Positions 9,366 to 21,796 of a stretch of 64,000 bases of DNA are shown piece by piece. The notes under the pieces are model-generated. The model searched no databases, was not told where the DNA came from, and worked only from the letters and a program-made list of their open reading frames with translations. Origin of the DNA: Sphyrna mokarran (taxonomy: Eukaryota); the NCBI GenBank assembly GCA_024679065.1, contig JAGIQG010000011.1, forward strand, positions 42,532,001-42,596,000, written 5' to 3'. Every line of letters begins with the position of its first letter. The first letter of the stretch is position 1. The position numbers and the translations under genes are program-made.

Positions 9366-10840
9366 TTCATCTCTTGAACGTTACTGATTTTCTAATACCC
9401 TGGGCAGATTGCTTTTAAGAGCCGGAGGCTAGTTAAAACAAGTGCTAGCCTCACATATTGTAAGGCCATTGATTTACATGCTGCCAACCAGCAATGTGGG
9501 CCACACAGGGTTTCATAAAGAACTCATGTAAATTAGCTGGTAGTACAAAGTTCACATGCCACTTGCCTTAGAGGAACAGTGCCAGTAGATCACAAATTTT
9601 GATCCTTCATGCTAGCAAATAAACCTTAATTTTTAGCCTCAGATTCTTTCTTTTCAGGGAATGTTTGGAATCTTCTCTGTCTTCTGAGTATAAAGGTCCT
9701 TAAGTGAAATGACATTGGTAGTTTCTATTCACTTCCTAATGGTCACGGGCCTTCAGGACAAAAGTAACACTGATTAGCATGGCATTGGCAATCTCACCAA
9801 GATGCCTCAGGTGGTTGCTGTGAAAAATATAATGGTTGCTTTGGTGGGTACTCCTCTGAGATTAGGAATGGGGATGTTGTTAAGCTAGAGAGAGTAAAGA
9901 GAGCTTCAATTCTCCCTAGCAATGCTTACTGTTGATGCCAGTTGCCTGAAATGGGAAGAGTTCAGGTACAGGGAAAAATATCTGAATTACATCAGTTCTC
10001 CACAACATGAATAAAATCCACTGTTTAGCGAGGATCATAAAACTAATTTCTAATTTCTCAGCTTTCAGTTCCTCATGAACTGTAGATAGCCATGGACCTT
10101 AATGTCCGAGTTATGTGTGCTTTTTTACTTTCCCTGCTTTGTTGAGTCAAATGGAAGTATTATAATAAATAATGATAAGAAGTGTTGTCAAACAGAAATC
10201 ACAAGTGACAGACTGCTAGCCCCTGCTGCACAGTTAGGTTTCAGAGAATCAATTTGGTATGTAACTAGCCACTGCAGCAGGACAACCTTATTTCATCTCC
10301 TGTCTTGTGGAAAAAAGATCAACTTTATCAATATTGCCCATGACAACCTCTGAAAGGTTCTAATAAGGAAATGTAGAAAGTGGAAGAATAGAAATTATTT
10401 TTATATACTCTGTAGTTACACAACATTTTTTTCATAATGGTTGCTTTAAAAGATGCTCCTCAAACTGGAAAAGATTTGCTATTTTCAGCCATTCTTAAAC
10501 TGAACCTATGCTTAGAAAGATTTGTACCATACTAACAGTATATGGCCCTATTATGAATAATAAACTCCTGACCAGGACTAGGCTTCCTGCAGAATGCTTG
10601 TATAATGATGCAGAAAATCCAGTTCATTTACAGCTCTGACAAGGGTGTGACTGCTACATAAAGAGATATATTTTCTGGAAGTGGAAACTTAAAACAGAAT
10701 TTACTATTCATTCAGACACCAGCAATGGCAAATTACTACTTTAGAAACTGATTTGTTGATGTTGCGAAATGGATTGTGCAAAAGAGGGTTTGTCTTAAAC
10801 TACACACTTGACGCAGGATCTTGGTTCTGTTCTATTACAG

Positions 10841-10930
10841 ACAATAGTAAATGGGGTAAATGCAATGTCAATCATTAGAGGAGCAATAGAAACAGATGAA
10901 GAAATTTATTATCTTCAGAAAATTGTCTCG
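10841..10930 (+). CDS. candidate internal coding exon of an unidentified gene (TIVNGVNAMSIIRGAIETDEEIYYLQKIVS)
   Basis: ttctgttctattacag| acceptor, |gtaagg donor, 90 nt open frame in phase 0-0, non-repetitive sequence. Confidence 0.5.
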
Positions 10931-11085
10931 GTAAGGCTATTGACATGGCATGAAATATTTTTTCTCAAACTATTTTAACTTGTCTAGTCATACAAAAAAT
11001 ACTCAGGCAACCCAGTATTTTTAAAAATTTCACATGCATGACCATGCTGCAGCAGGACACTACCTGAAGAAGGAAGAGCAGGGCC

Positions 11086-11270
11086 TTTTCCTAGCATCTT
11101 GACCAATATTTTCTCCTCACTCAATGTCATGATAAACTAGATTATCTGGTAATTTATCTCATTGCTGCTTATGGGATCTTGATGTGTGTAAATTGACTGA
11201 CGTCTTTCTTACGTTACAAAGGTGACTACACTCCATAAAGTTCTTTATCGGTTATAAAGTATTTTGTGAC
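11086..11270 (+). mobile_element. Deu-domain SINE (SacSINE1/AmnSINE-like) fragment
   Basis: GACCAATATTT...GATTATCTGGTAATTTATCTCATTGCTG...GGGATCTTG...AAATTGACTG...GTGACTACACT matches the Deu core. Confidence 0.7.
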
Positions 11271-12446
11271 ACCAAATTTTCTAGTTACAACTTCAAACTG
11301 AAATGATTAACATGTTTGTACTAGAGATGCAAATCCTCAAAGTAACATTCCAATAGATCTTAGCTGCATGATATTCATTTGTTTTCAATGTGCAATGATA
11401 GTTATTTGGGCATCATTGTACATCGTATTCAATCTCTGAAATACCTCAATACTGCCTTCCTGTTTGTAGGACACAGTGATAGACAAGTGAGAGCAAAACC
11501 ACAATAGGGTCTGGAAACTTTCTGATCTTCGGTTTATTTGAAGAGATCATTCTTTAAATTCCATGAGTGACCACAAATGTCCTTCTCCCAGACTCAGGGT
11601 TCATAACATTATTTTCCTGTCAAGTACTTGTTTATTAATTTTCTTTCTTTTCAATCCTTTTCATTCTCTTTCCTATCTCTTTAACTATCTATCTTTCCTC
11701 ATTTGTCTTTTCTCTCTCCCTACCTACTCCCTGCTTTGTAGATTTACAGAGTGTCATGCAAGTATCCATAATCCTCATTGCAGTCCAGAGATCAGTTCCT
11801 TGTTCATCAGTGAACATGGTGAGGCATCACATAACAATTGAAATAAGGCTAGACAATACATTAGTGAGACTATTGTTTCACAGATTAACACTGCATCTGT
11901 CCTATCCAGTCCTCCACTGCAATTATATGCTGTTGCTTGACCAACGCAAGTAGGAACAAGGCCACCTTGGGAAAAATAGGGCAAACAAATCTAGAGCTCC
12001 GTGGATGAAAAATGAGATACAAATTGAGATTGGGGTGAAAAAAGTGTGCTTATGACAGGTGTCAGGTAGAAAATACAGTTGAGAACCAAGAGGAATACAG
12101 AAAATTCCACCCAAGGTAGCAGTAGATTAAACAATGGGCATTCATTGTATTTGAGATAGTTAAAGTACAATGGCTGACAAGGGATCAGCTGCCAAGGCAA
12201 TGTGCTCTCTCTATATTTTTGACAGTAGTGGTAATGTGGGAAAGTGTCTGCTTGAAGCTTTTTGCACATGGTTCTCATTACTTTGGTCAAAAAACAATGC
12301 CTTCATATACATTCATCTATGAATGTGAAAAACACCCACTCTGGTGCTGTAGAGCAGGTGCCTATAAACTACGGCTGGCAGGCCACATTAGGCCCATAGC
12401 AGGCCACATCCAGATTGAAGTTTGGAGACCACTGCTCCGGAGGGCT

Positions 12447-12615
12447 CCACAGTGGCAGAGTGGCTAGCACTGCTGCCTCACAGCCCCAAGAATCCAGATT
12501 CGATTCCTGGCTTGGGTTACTGTCTGTACGGAGTTTGCATATTCTCTCCATGTCTGCATGGGTTTTCTCCAGGTGCTCAGAGGTGCCCACAGTCCAAAGA
12601 TGTGCAGGTTGGTGA
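12447..12615 (+). mobile_element. tRNA-derived SINE (HE1/V-SINE-like)
   Basis: GGCAGAGTGGCTAGCACTGCTGCCTCACAGC...TTCGATTCC (A and B boxes), V-domain GGAGTTTGCATATTCTC. Confidence 0.8.
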
Positions 12616-14321
12616 AGTATTAGCAGGCACACAAGGGGTGTCTGCCAGAAGAATGGAGAGAAGGCAGACTGTGATATCAATCAGTATTTAACATTTATTT
12701 GATGCCAGTACCATTATTTTGAAGCTCGATGTTCCTTTCTTAACCTCACACCACTGAACATGCATTCGGTAACAGGAAAAAATGTCACTTTCTCGTTAGT
12801 TACTGATTGATTTATATTGGCTTCTGCAATGATTGTTGAAGTGTTTGGTAGTTTACGGTCATTGTTTAAACTTACTAAAATCTACAGTGGCATTGTGCTG
12901 AGGTTTTCCTCTCAACTTCATGGATTCTGACAAAGCACTTGCTCCCAGACATGGGTGCAGTAAAATGCTTTCCCCTTGGACTATAGCTTGAGAGGTGAAT
13001 ATGACACAGAGCAAGAAAAGGTACAGAGAGAGGGACCTCCACTTTAAATTACCCTTAACTTAAAGCCTGCTTAAAATTCATCAAGAAATTCATCTGTAAT
13101 TAAGCAGTTCTAGAGTAGTTATATGCATATTACTTTTAAAGATACCTCTGTCAAAACTTGCTCATCTGTTAGGGATTAATCGACAAAAAGTTCTAACAGA
13201 TGGCTGCTTTCCCAACTGGAACTGTTATATCTGTTCTTATTTTGAGGCATAAGAACTGAAAAATAATGTGTCGGCACCAGGCTGTGGGACATAATAAACT
13301 TCTGCTCACTGAAATTAGTACAGGATTTCTTAGCAACTGAGACATAAGCAGGTAAAGCTTTAAAAAGTTACCTTTTTGCATTTTGAAAATATTTCTGGCT
13401 TATAAAACACTTAGCATCCTGCTGAAAGATCATTTTTTGCATTGCAATGATTCAAAAAAGTCAGTGCCATGAAATCTCATTTCATCTACCTTTTCTTTAT
13501 ACATGCTGTATGTACTTTAAAATAACAGAATTTGGAGGATGAATTTTTACATGCAACACCAAAACTGTTTGAACATGTCCTAAATAATAGTGGTCTCTCT
13601 TGAAATAAAGAAATAGCTTTAACAACAGTGAGTATGCATCTTTACATCTCAGTGCTTAAGGGACACTCCATTAATCACAGCTCGTTTCCATGTGACAGTA
13701 AGGATCTTTAGTATTAATTTGTGTCATGAGCATGTAATTCTAATGAGTCATGTTCCTTAAAATTGATTCATTTCTATGGACATGCTTACCTTAGCCCAAT
13801 GTATCTTGCACTCAAAATGCTCAAATACACAACATTTAATAAGTATATGTGCATTTATCTGCATTATTTGCTCATATTTCTGTACACAAGTTGAAAACTT
13901 TGTCATTTGTTAACATTAGATGATGATATTCATATGTAAGTTTTTCAGTTAATGAAATTAAAATAGATTGGGTTGTTTCTGAAACAAGTTCAGATTTTTT
14001 TTATTCTAAAGTACAGATTTGTATATTGAGCAAGCCATTGGTCATTACCTGAACATATTATGTAGTTATTGATCATATATTTTTGCTTTTGAAAATTCCA
14101 CTTATTTCATAATTTTGATATAATTATGTCAAAGTTGGTGAAAGCACCTATCTAGTAAACAGTAAATCCTTAGTTTGGATTTCACCAAGTCCCATATGTT
14201 TTTTAAACATTTCATGGAAAGGGAAGGTGAGATTTGGTGATAACTCAGTTGGCTGGAAGGCTAGTTTGTGATGCAAAATAGTGCCAATACCACTGGTTCA
14301 ATTCCCATATTGGCTTAGGTT

Positions 14322-14655
14322 ATGGTACGCTGGTTAACACTGCGGCCTCACAGTACCAGGAACCCACCTGGGTTAAATTCCAGCCTCGAGCAACTGTCTG
14401 TCTCAAGTTTGCCTGTTCTCCTTGTGTCAGCACGTGTTTCCTCCGGGTGCTCCAGCTTCCACCCACACTCCAAAGATGTGCAGGTTAGCTGGATTGGCCA
14501 TACTAAACTTTAGCGTCCCAAGATCTGTAGGTTAGGGGAATTAATGGGTAAATTTATAGGATTGCAGAGACAGTGCATGGGCAAGATGCTTTGCCTGAAC
14601 GTCTGTGCTGACTCGATGGGCCAAATGGCCTTCATCTACAATGTAGGGATTCTAG
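14322..14655 (+). mobile_element. tRNA-derived SINE (HE1-like)
   Basis: tRNA head, CCAAAGATGTGCAGGTTAG, CR1-like tail GATGGGCCAAATGGCCT. Confidence 0.8.
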
Positions 14656-15151
14656 ATGGAGAATGATAAAATCATAGAATTGTTGCAAGACAGAAGGAGG
14701 CTATTCAGCCCATCATGTCTGCATTGCCTCACTGAATGAGAAATTCACCTAGTTCACATTCCTTCCTCGTTCTGTTCTTCCTTTTCAGATCATAATCCAA
14801 TTCCTTCTTGAATGCTTCATTTAAACAGCCTCCACACACTCTGTTAGCAGATTCCAGATCTTAACCCACTTGCTACAGGAAAGAATTTCTCCTCATGTCT
14901 GTATTGTGTTTTCTGCAAATATAATGTAATCAATTTTTTTGATAATTCACCTTCAATCATAAAGGTATTTTAAACAAATTGAAAAGCATAAATTCATAAA
15001 CAGAGATCAAACTGCATTCCACAATGGAAAATAGAATTATATAAGCTGCATTATAGTCTTAATTAGTATTATTTAACTTCATATTAGCCAATAGTTCACT
15101 TAACCTGTCATGTGACTTTATGTCATGTGAGCATCAGGAAACATGGGCTGT

Positions 15152-15455
15152 ACGATGGCATAGTGGTTAGCACTGCTGTCTTGCTGTGCCAGGGACCCAG
15201 GTTCGATTCCCAGCTTGAATCACTGTTTGTGCGAAGTCTGCAGGTTTTTTTCCATCCCTGCTTGGGTCTCTTCCAGGTGCTCCGGTTTTCTTCCACAGTC
15301 TAAAAGATGTGCTGGTTAGGTGTATTGGCCATGCTAAATTCTCTCTCAGCGTACTTGAGCAGGTGCCAGAGTGTGGTGACTAGAGGATTTTCACAGTAAC
15401 TTCATTGCAGTGTTAACGTAAACCTACATGTGTCACTAATAAATAAACTTTAAAA
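15152..15455 (+). mobile_element. tRNA-derived SINE with alternative tail
   Basis: A and B boxes, then tail GGATTTTCACAGTAACTTCATTGCAGTGTTAA...AATAAA shared with 38660-38876 and 49100-49560. Confidence 0.75.
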
Positions 15456-16035
15456 CTATCTGTTCACATCTTGTGCTCGTGAACAATAATTAACCACAAT
15501 GTTTACATATTCATATATAGTTAGTATTGCTGCAGGCCACATAATGCTAAGGTTAGTGGTATTGGGGAGATGCAGGCTATGTGGTGTAAAATTGGTGGTG
15601 TCAGTGGTAATACAGGTCATGTGGTGAGTAAGGCAGAATATTTTTGTGATCTATATTTTCTGATAAGCTACAATATATTTTTCTTTACCATGTTGAGTGA
15701 ATTAAAAATTGCAAATGCAATTTTTCTCAGAAGTATAAAGTTCCCAATACAAATAGTTAAATTTATCGACATTAACTAGTTACAGAATGTCATGCCAAAT
15801 CTGTAAGTTGCATTAAGCATAATGCTTTCAATTTCATAAATGTGGCTACAAGAGAAACAAGTTTTAGTAAGCTCAAACTGATACTCAAACATTTGTTACA
15901 GTCTTAGGGGGAATTAATTTAAAATAGCCTTGATTTCTGCTCTCACCAACAGTCCATAAATAGAAAGGTGATTTTGGATTTTTAATTTCCCCCCTTTATA
16001 GATGATGGTGCATTTTTCTCATTCCTTGGGTTTAG

Positions 16036-16875
16036 AGTAATCCAATCCTCTATTAATAACCTCACAACACACTCAAGATAAGGTAAAACCAGTGGATTAG
16101 TTTATTTTACAAACACTCAAAACAAGGAAATGGGGTTTGCAAAGTAGGCCACAGTATATTCACATAATAAAAGAGAGATAAGGGAAAGGAAAAGGTATAA
16201 AGCAAAGTCAACAGACAAAATAAGAATTATTGTTTCACATAATCAAAGAAGTTCAGAGTCCAGAATTAAAAAGTCCAATTATGTATCATTCCGTGAAGTT
16301 AGCAGGCTTAAGCTGATGTTGGCTGATCCATTCACCAAGTAGTGCTGACTTGCATGATGGAATAACATACAGATGAATCAGTCTTGCAGTAGGCACTAGT
16401 ACAGATGTTCAAATATTCCATTAGAAACTGTGTAGGTGGGTGTCAGGCAATTTAAAGCTGGTCAGAAATCTAGTTCTATTGCTGTTTTGTTGATGGAAGA
16501 TAGCAGAGAGAGAGACAGGCTGCTAACCTGAAGTCCTACCTCTCTCCTGTGTTAAACAGTGACTGAATATAGAACCTAAAAGCTGTACACTTAAAGTGAT
16601 TCATTCAACTCTAGTCTTGGTCATGTAACTGGGTCAGGTCAGGTCATTCAGTCAAAGAGGTCCCCTTGTTAAAACACCATTGTACTTCATGCAGGTAACT
16701 ATGATACCATTAGCATGACATCTTTGTCCAGAACTAGCTGGTGTAGATGTCTCATCAACTAGTTTGATAAGTTGGCCTTTGTTCATTTTTAAACTGATGA
16801 GAAAATTCCATAACTACCATTATGTGGTCAGACTATAGCCATTTTGTTAGCCCAGCCATTTGTCCTATTCTTAAA
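16036..16875. mobile_element. possible LTR-like repeat
   Basis: LTR-like layout with TTTTATT and a GA-rich tract. Family not recognised. Confidence 0.3.
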
Positions 16876-17099
16876 AAAAAGAACTAAGCAATATGGAAGG
16901 GAAACAATTTTTGAAGTATCTTTTATGTCTTCTTGGCATGTCACCTGATGCAATAGGATAATATAAGAATTTATATGTTTGTTGTGTTCAATTAAACTTT
17001 ATTTTTAATTTTTTTTAAAAATTGTACCTGTACAAATTAAGTTAAGTTTTCTTTTTCCTTTCTCCTATTTTGTTATCTTAAAATTGTAAAGTCTTAAAG

Positions 17100-17722
17100 T
17101 TTCAGTTGGGATAACGTGCGGTCTACCTGCAAGCAAGATCCAGACTTTCCTGTAACTTGCCACTTCAGCGTATCACCTTGCTCTCCTGTCCTTATGTCTG
17201 TTCTTGGCCTTTTGTACTATTTTAGTGAACCTCAATGCAAACTGGAGGAACGGTACCTCATCTTCCGATTGGGCACTTTACAGCCTTCTGGACTGAACAT
17301 TGAGTTCAACAATTTCAGAGCATGAACCCTCCCCTCCACCTTCACCCCAAAATTCAATTTATTTTCTTTCACTTTGTTTTTTCTTTTCATCTTATTCATC
17401 CATTTCTATCATCCTTCTTTCTCACTTTCAATTTTCCATTACTCCATTCCTAGGCAGTCCCTTAACCATTTGTACCTCTGTTCTGCTATTCACACATTCT
17501 GAACACTTAATGGATACTTTTTAGCACCTTTCTCAGCTTTCTTCATCCTCATTTACATCCCTGTTGCCATTTACAGTCCCTCCACTCTCCTGGTATAAAT
17601 TTCTGCTGACTTTCTTTGCTTTTAGCTCTGACAAAGAGTCATCTAGACTGGAAATGCTGCTTCCATTCTCTCTCTACGGATGCTGTCAGACAATGTTAAG
17701 ATTTTCCAACATTTTCTACTTT
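17100..17722 (+). mobile_element. PLE of a second family: GIY-YIG C-terminus + 3' pLTR with decayed HHR
   Basis: KLEERYLIFRLGTLQPSGLNIEFNNF, then CTGACAA-AGAGTC-ATCTA-GACTG-GAAA at 17628-17654. Confidence 0.8.
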
Positions 17723-17958
17723 ATACAGATTTGAAGATCTGTTTTGATTTTTAAGAAATTTAATTGTAATAAATTATTTATTATATCTATAGCTTGTTGT
17801 CATTACAAAGTAATTACAAAAACTGCAAAAAGTCTTCGGGGTACTGAAATTTAATTTATCTGGGTCATTAACAAACCCACAATACAGACTTTCTGGGGCT
17901 GAAACTGGCTCATGGAATAGAATGAATATCAAACAATAATTTGGTAGTACAAAATTAG

Positions 17959-18255
17959 TATTGCTGAAAAAAGATACATGTTGTCAAAGTTTTGTCTTGC
18001 ACTCATCAGGACAGATTGATGAGAACAATTGTAAAGAGAACAGCAATTCATACTGCATGAGAAGAAAGTGCTTGGCAGTGAATTGTCTACTGGTACATTA
18101 TTGGTGGCAATGTCTCTACCAGACTACTTGACAATTAATCAGCACTCTGTTGTGCAGTATAAATTGTTGTTCCCTTTATAATTAATAATTTTATGAATCT
18201 GTCTTGATGAATACAAGACGAAAAGCTTTGAGAGCATGGCTGTTTTTCAGCAATA
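17959..18255. mobile_element. palindromic non-coding element with an HHR motif in each arm
   Basis: TATTGCTGAAAAA...TTTTTCAGCAATA termini and ~110-bp imperfect arms. HHR-like motifs at ~17982-18014 (-) and ~18199-18234 (+). Confidence 0.75.
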
Positions 18256-18299
18256 TTTAAATATCCCTGTAGTGACCCTAGTTTTGGAACAAGAGGCCT

Positions 18300-18828
18300 T
18301 CATAGTATCACAGAATCCGTACAGTAAAGAAGGAGACCAATCGGCCTCTTGAGTCTGTACGAATCACAATTCCACTAGGCCCTATTCCCGTAACCCCACA
18401 CATTTACCCTGCTAATCCCCCTGACAGTAGGGTCAATTTAGCACGTGCTTGGTGTTGGTTGAAGAAGGATTATTCATATGTTTAGCACTTCTCTTGAGAT
18501 AACTAACAAATTTTTGAAAAGCAAGATGGACATCTTATCTGATGGACAGTATAGAACCATAGAATCCTACATTGCAGAAGCAAGCTATTCAGCACATCAA
18601 ACCTGACCACAATCCCATTCAGGACCTATTCCTATAACCCATACATTTACCCTACTTAATTCCCCTAACACTAAGGGCAATTCAGCATGGCCAATCCACC
18701 TAACTGCCCATCTTTGGACTATGGGAGGAAACCAAAGCACCCAGAGGAAACCCACACAGACATGGGAAGAATGTGCAAACTCCACACAGATAGTCACCCA
18801 AGTCAGGAATCAAACCACTGTGCCACCC
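18300..18828 (-). mobile_element. two HE1-like SINE copies (18300-18445 and 18553-18828)
   Basis: Reverse complement of SINE body and tail (CATAGAATCC, GGCAATTCAGCATGGCCAATCCACC, GTGCAAACTCCACACAG). Confidence 0.78.
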
Positions 18829-20529
18829 GACAAAATGTTGACAATTCAGTATTTCTAGAGTACTAAACCAGTGTCAGTCTAGTTATGCTTTCAAGCCTTG
18901 GAATCAACACTTCAGAGTATTATATGAGGAATGTAAACTTTTCAATTCCCTTGTCGTTTCTTCCATTTCCATGGTTCTGAAAGAAGAATATTTCTGAAGT
19001 CAGTTGCAGACAAATACCTCGGTTTTTAGTAACCTCTCTGGAGTATTTATGGAAAAAATAATGGTGAGGAAGGAACAATTGTTTGTTCCTCGGCAGTACC
19101 AGGAATGTTCTCAAGTGCATGCAATCAGGAGGAAGTGCACTCCTAGGCAGTGGCAACAGATTTCAGAGATTGTCAGCTCAAAACATTTCATCTCCGAGGC
19201 CTGAAAACAGTATGTCCTTTGGTTACTAGACTGGAATAGAGAAAGTAAGTATTGTTCTTCATTTATTCCCCTTTCTCTAGAATATGTTATAACAGACCTT
19301 TAATCCTTCTCTAATATTTCCAACAATTTATTTCACTCCATTGTTTCCATTATCTTCCAGCACCTTTCATTCTCTTTACAAACAGAAATCCACCATTTCC
19401 TTGTTCTCTACATACCAGCCATTGGCATCACTCTCCTCTCATTTGATTGGTTTGTCTGCAAAAACAACTTCCCTCAGGACTCCTTCCTCACTGCACATAT
19501 GCTGTTCCTTCTCACTCTGCTTGAATTTTGCTTCATTTTACTCCCATCTCTTAAGTATCACTTTACTCTTACGCAATCAGCTTAACTCCCACAAGTTTGC
19601 ACATTTCTGATCAGAGGCCAGTACTTAATATTATCTGGAACGTGACAATTGAATAATGCAATTTTTGAGAATGCAATTTCTTAATTAGGTATTAATTTCA
19701 GAAAAACACAGGCAGTCTTCTTTTGTACTTTGCCTCTGCAGCTTAAGTTTACGACTTAAAAAATCAATATATCGTTTAAAAACTTTCTTAAACAAGAATA
19801 ATGCAACTATAAATTGTCTTACTCAGCTTTTTCTTTTGAAACTATTTACTTTATAGCAGTACATCTGATTATTGCAGTCATATTCTACTAATGCTCATAA
19901 TTGATAAGATTACAGCTCCCTCCAGTGAATCTGTGGAGTACTGAAAACAATTGCCATATAACTTCATTTATTCAATATAGACAGAGTCAATCTCAAGGTT
20001 GAAACAAACTATATAAATATAGGTAAAATACAAGATATGACTATTTTATATACTCATTAAAATGTTACTTGCTTACATCATATATACTCATTGTGTTACC
20101 TGCTCATATAAATTTTGTGTAATTTTGGTGTATTATTTTTGAGATTTATTTCCTTTTGTAATTGTAGAAAATCATGGTAAATTTAAAATACATTTTAGCT
20201 TTATTTATCTGTTTGCAGAAGTAACACTTATTAGTTTCAATTTCAGGACACAGATAATTACAAGAATTTGATTCTTTGTATAATTGTTTGAGTTTTCTCT
20301 TTAGGAGTTCTCCTGAAATAATGAGCCCTCCACAGGAAACTACCCAAGATCCTGGCATAGTTGCGGCAGTGGGCAGAAGTCTCATCCCAAACACCCTGCA
20401 GTGGGAAACGGAAATCTCAAGTTGTAATTTGTGAAGTAGAAAGCAAATGGCCTATCACAAATAGTGTAACAGATCAACAGCAGCAAGATTTGAAGTATGG
20501 TCTGACTGTGTATTCAAAAGATTCTATGC

Positions 20530-20715
20530 TAAAAGCAAAATACTGCAGATGCTAGAAATTTGAAATATTGAAAAATGCTCAAAACATGCAGCACATCTGA
20601 CAGCATTGGTAAGCAAGAGACAGGTTAACATTTCAAGTTGAAGACCTTTCATCAGAACTGGAATTCAGATGAAAATCAATGACCTAAAATGTTGAGCTAA
20701 TGTTTTCAGGACTTG
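20530..20715. mobile_element. back-to-back PLE pLTR tails with two HHR motifs
   Basis: Minus strand GTT-CTGATGA-AAGGT-CTTCA-ACTT-GAAA-TG-TT-AAC (20624-20658). Plus strand degenerate CAGATGAAAATCAATGACCTAAAATGTT. Confidence 0.6.
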
Positions 20716-21796
20716 AGAAGTCCTGCTGCAGGGACTGAAAGTAGAAGCTGGCTGTGGAAAATTAAGACTGCTGTCTAATTAAAGCAGCCATGCCGAGGGA
20801 ACTTGGGTGGTGTCATTGCCACAAGGATGGTCATTGCCTTTGACTAGAGAGCGGGGGTGTCTCTTTGTGGGCCATATTATAACTATAAAGGAGGCTCCAT
20901 TCCTGGAAACTCAGGGAGGCTGCTATGAGGTTTACCTCATAGGGGGCAGGCCCTGTCCATGTGTACAAAATGCTAATGGGGTCAGGAAATTATCCTTATT
21001 GGACCATTAATTGCTTCAAACAGCTGCCTAGTGGGTGACCATAAGTAGAGGCTGTTGCCATGATAGTGGGAAGATGTAAGCACCCCTCCAACACTGTCCC
21101 CTGCCATATTATCAGTCCTCCTGCATCCCAGCCCATTGCTACAGGACTGCAAATGTTCAGCTCATTGGTTCTATTTCTTTCTCAAGAGATCCAATACCAC
21201 AATCCAATGACAGAATGTCTATTCTGTATTTTTACAAGCAATTGTTTACATAGCAAAATCTAATTGTGATTGTTTGAATGGACAGTTTAAATATTAGGTG
21301 ATGCAAAATTAAATGTCAGGAGACAATTAAGCCAGAATGCACAGATGTATTTTAATCCTATTTTAAAATTCGCTGTGGCTTTGACATCAGTTGTGGCTTG
21401 GCTGGTATCTCTCTCATCTTTGTGTCAAAATGTTTAAGTCCAATTCCAGAAAATTGAGTAAAAAAATCTAGCCTAATGCTTCAGTGCAGTATCAAGGCAA
21501 TAATATACTATTGCAAATGCTATACTTCAGAAGCATGTTAAACCGAAAGCCTATCTGCTTTCTAAGGAGGGCGTAAAGAACTAAGTTCTTTACTTCAGAA
21601 GCCGCTGTGCCCTATATCCGGGTGGCAATTGAGCTTTGGCTGGCCAAATAGAAGCCAACTGCAGGGAGGCTGATAAATTCATGGCCAAGAGTAGGAAGTT
21701 ATAGTATGAAGAGTTAACATGGCATATCAGTGATGTAAAAGAAAGCATAATCCGCACCTAAGGGTCAGTGTAGTGTTGGACAGAGCTATGTGTGAA

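Noticed and set aside
12447-12520. tRNA gene-like A and B boxes (also in the other SINE heads)
   Set aside because: They continue into SINE body and tail and give no full cloverleaf.
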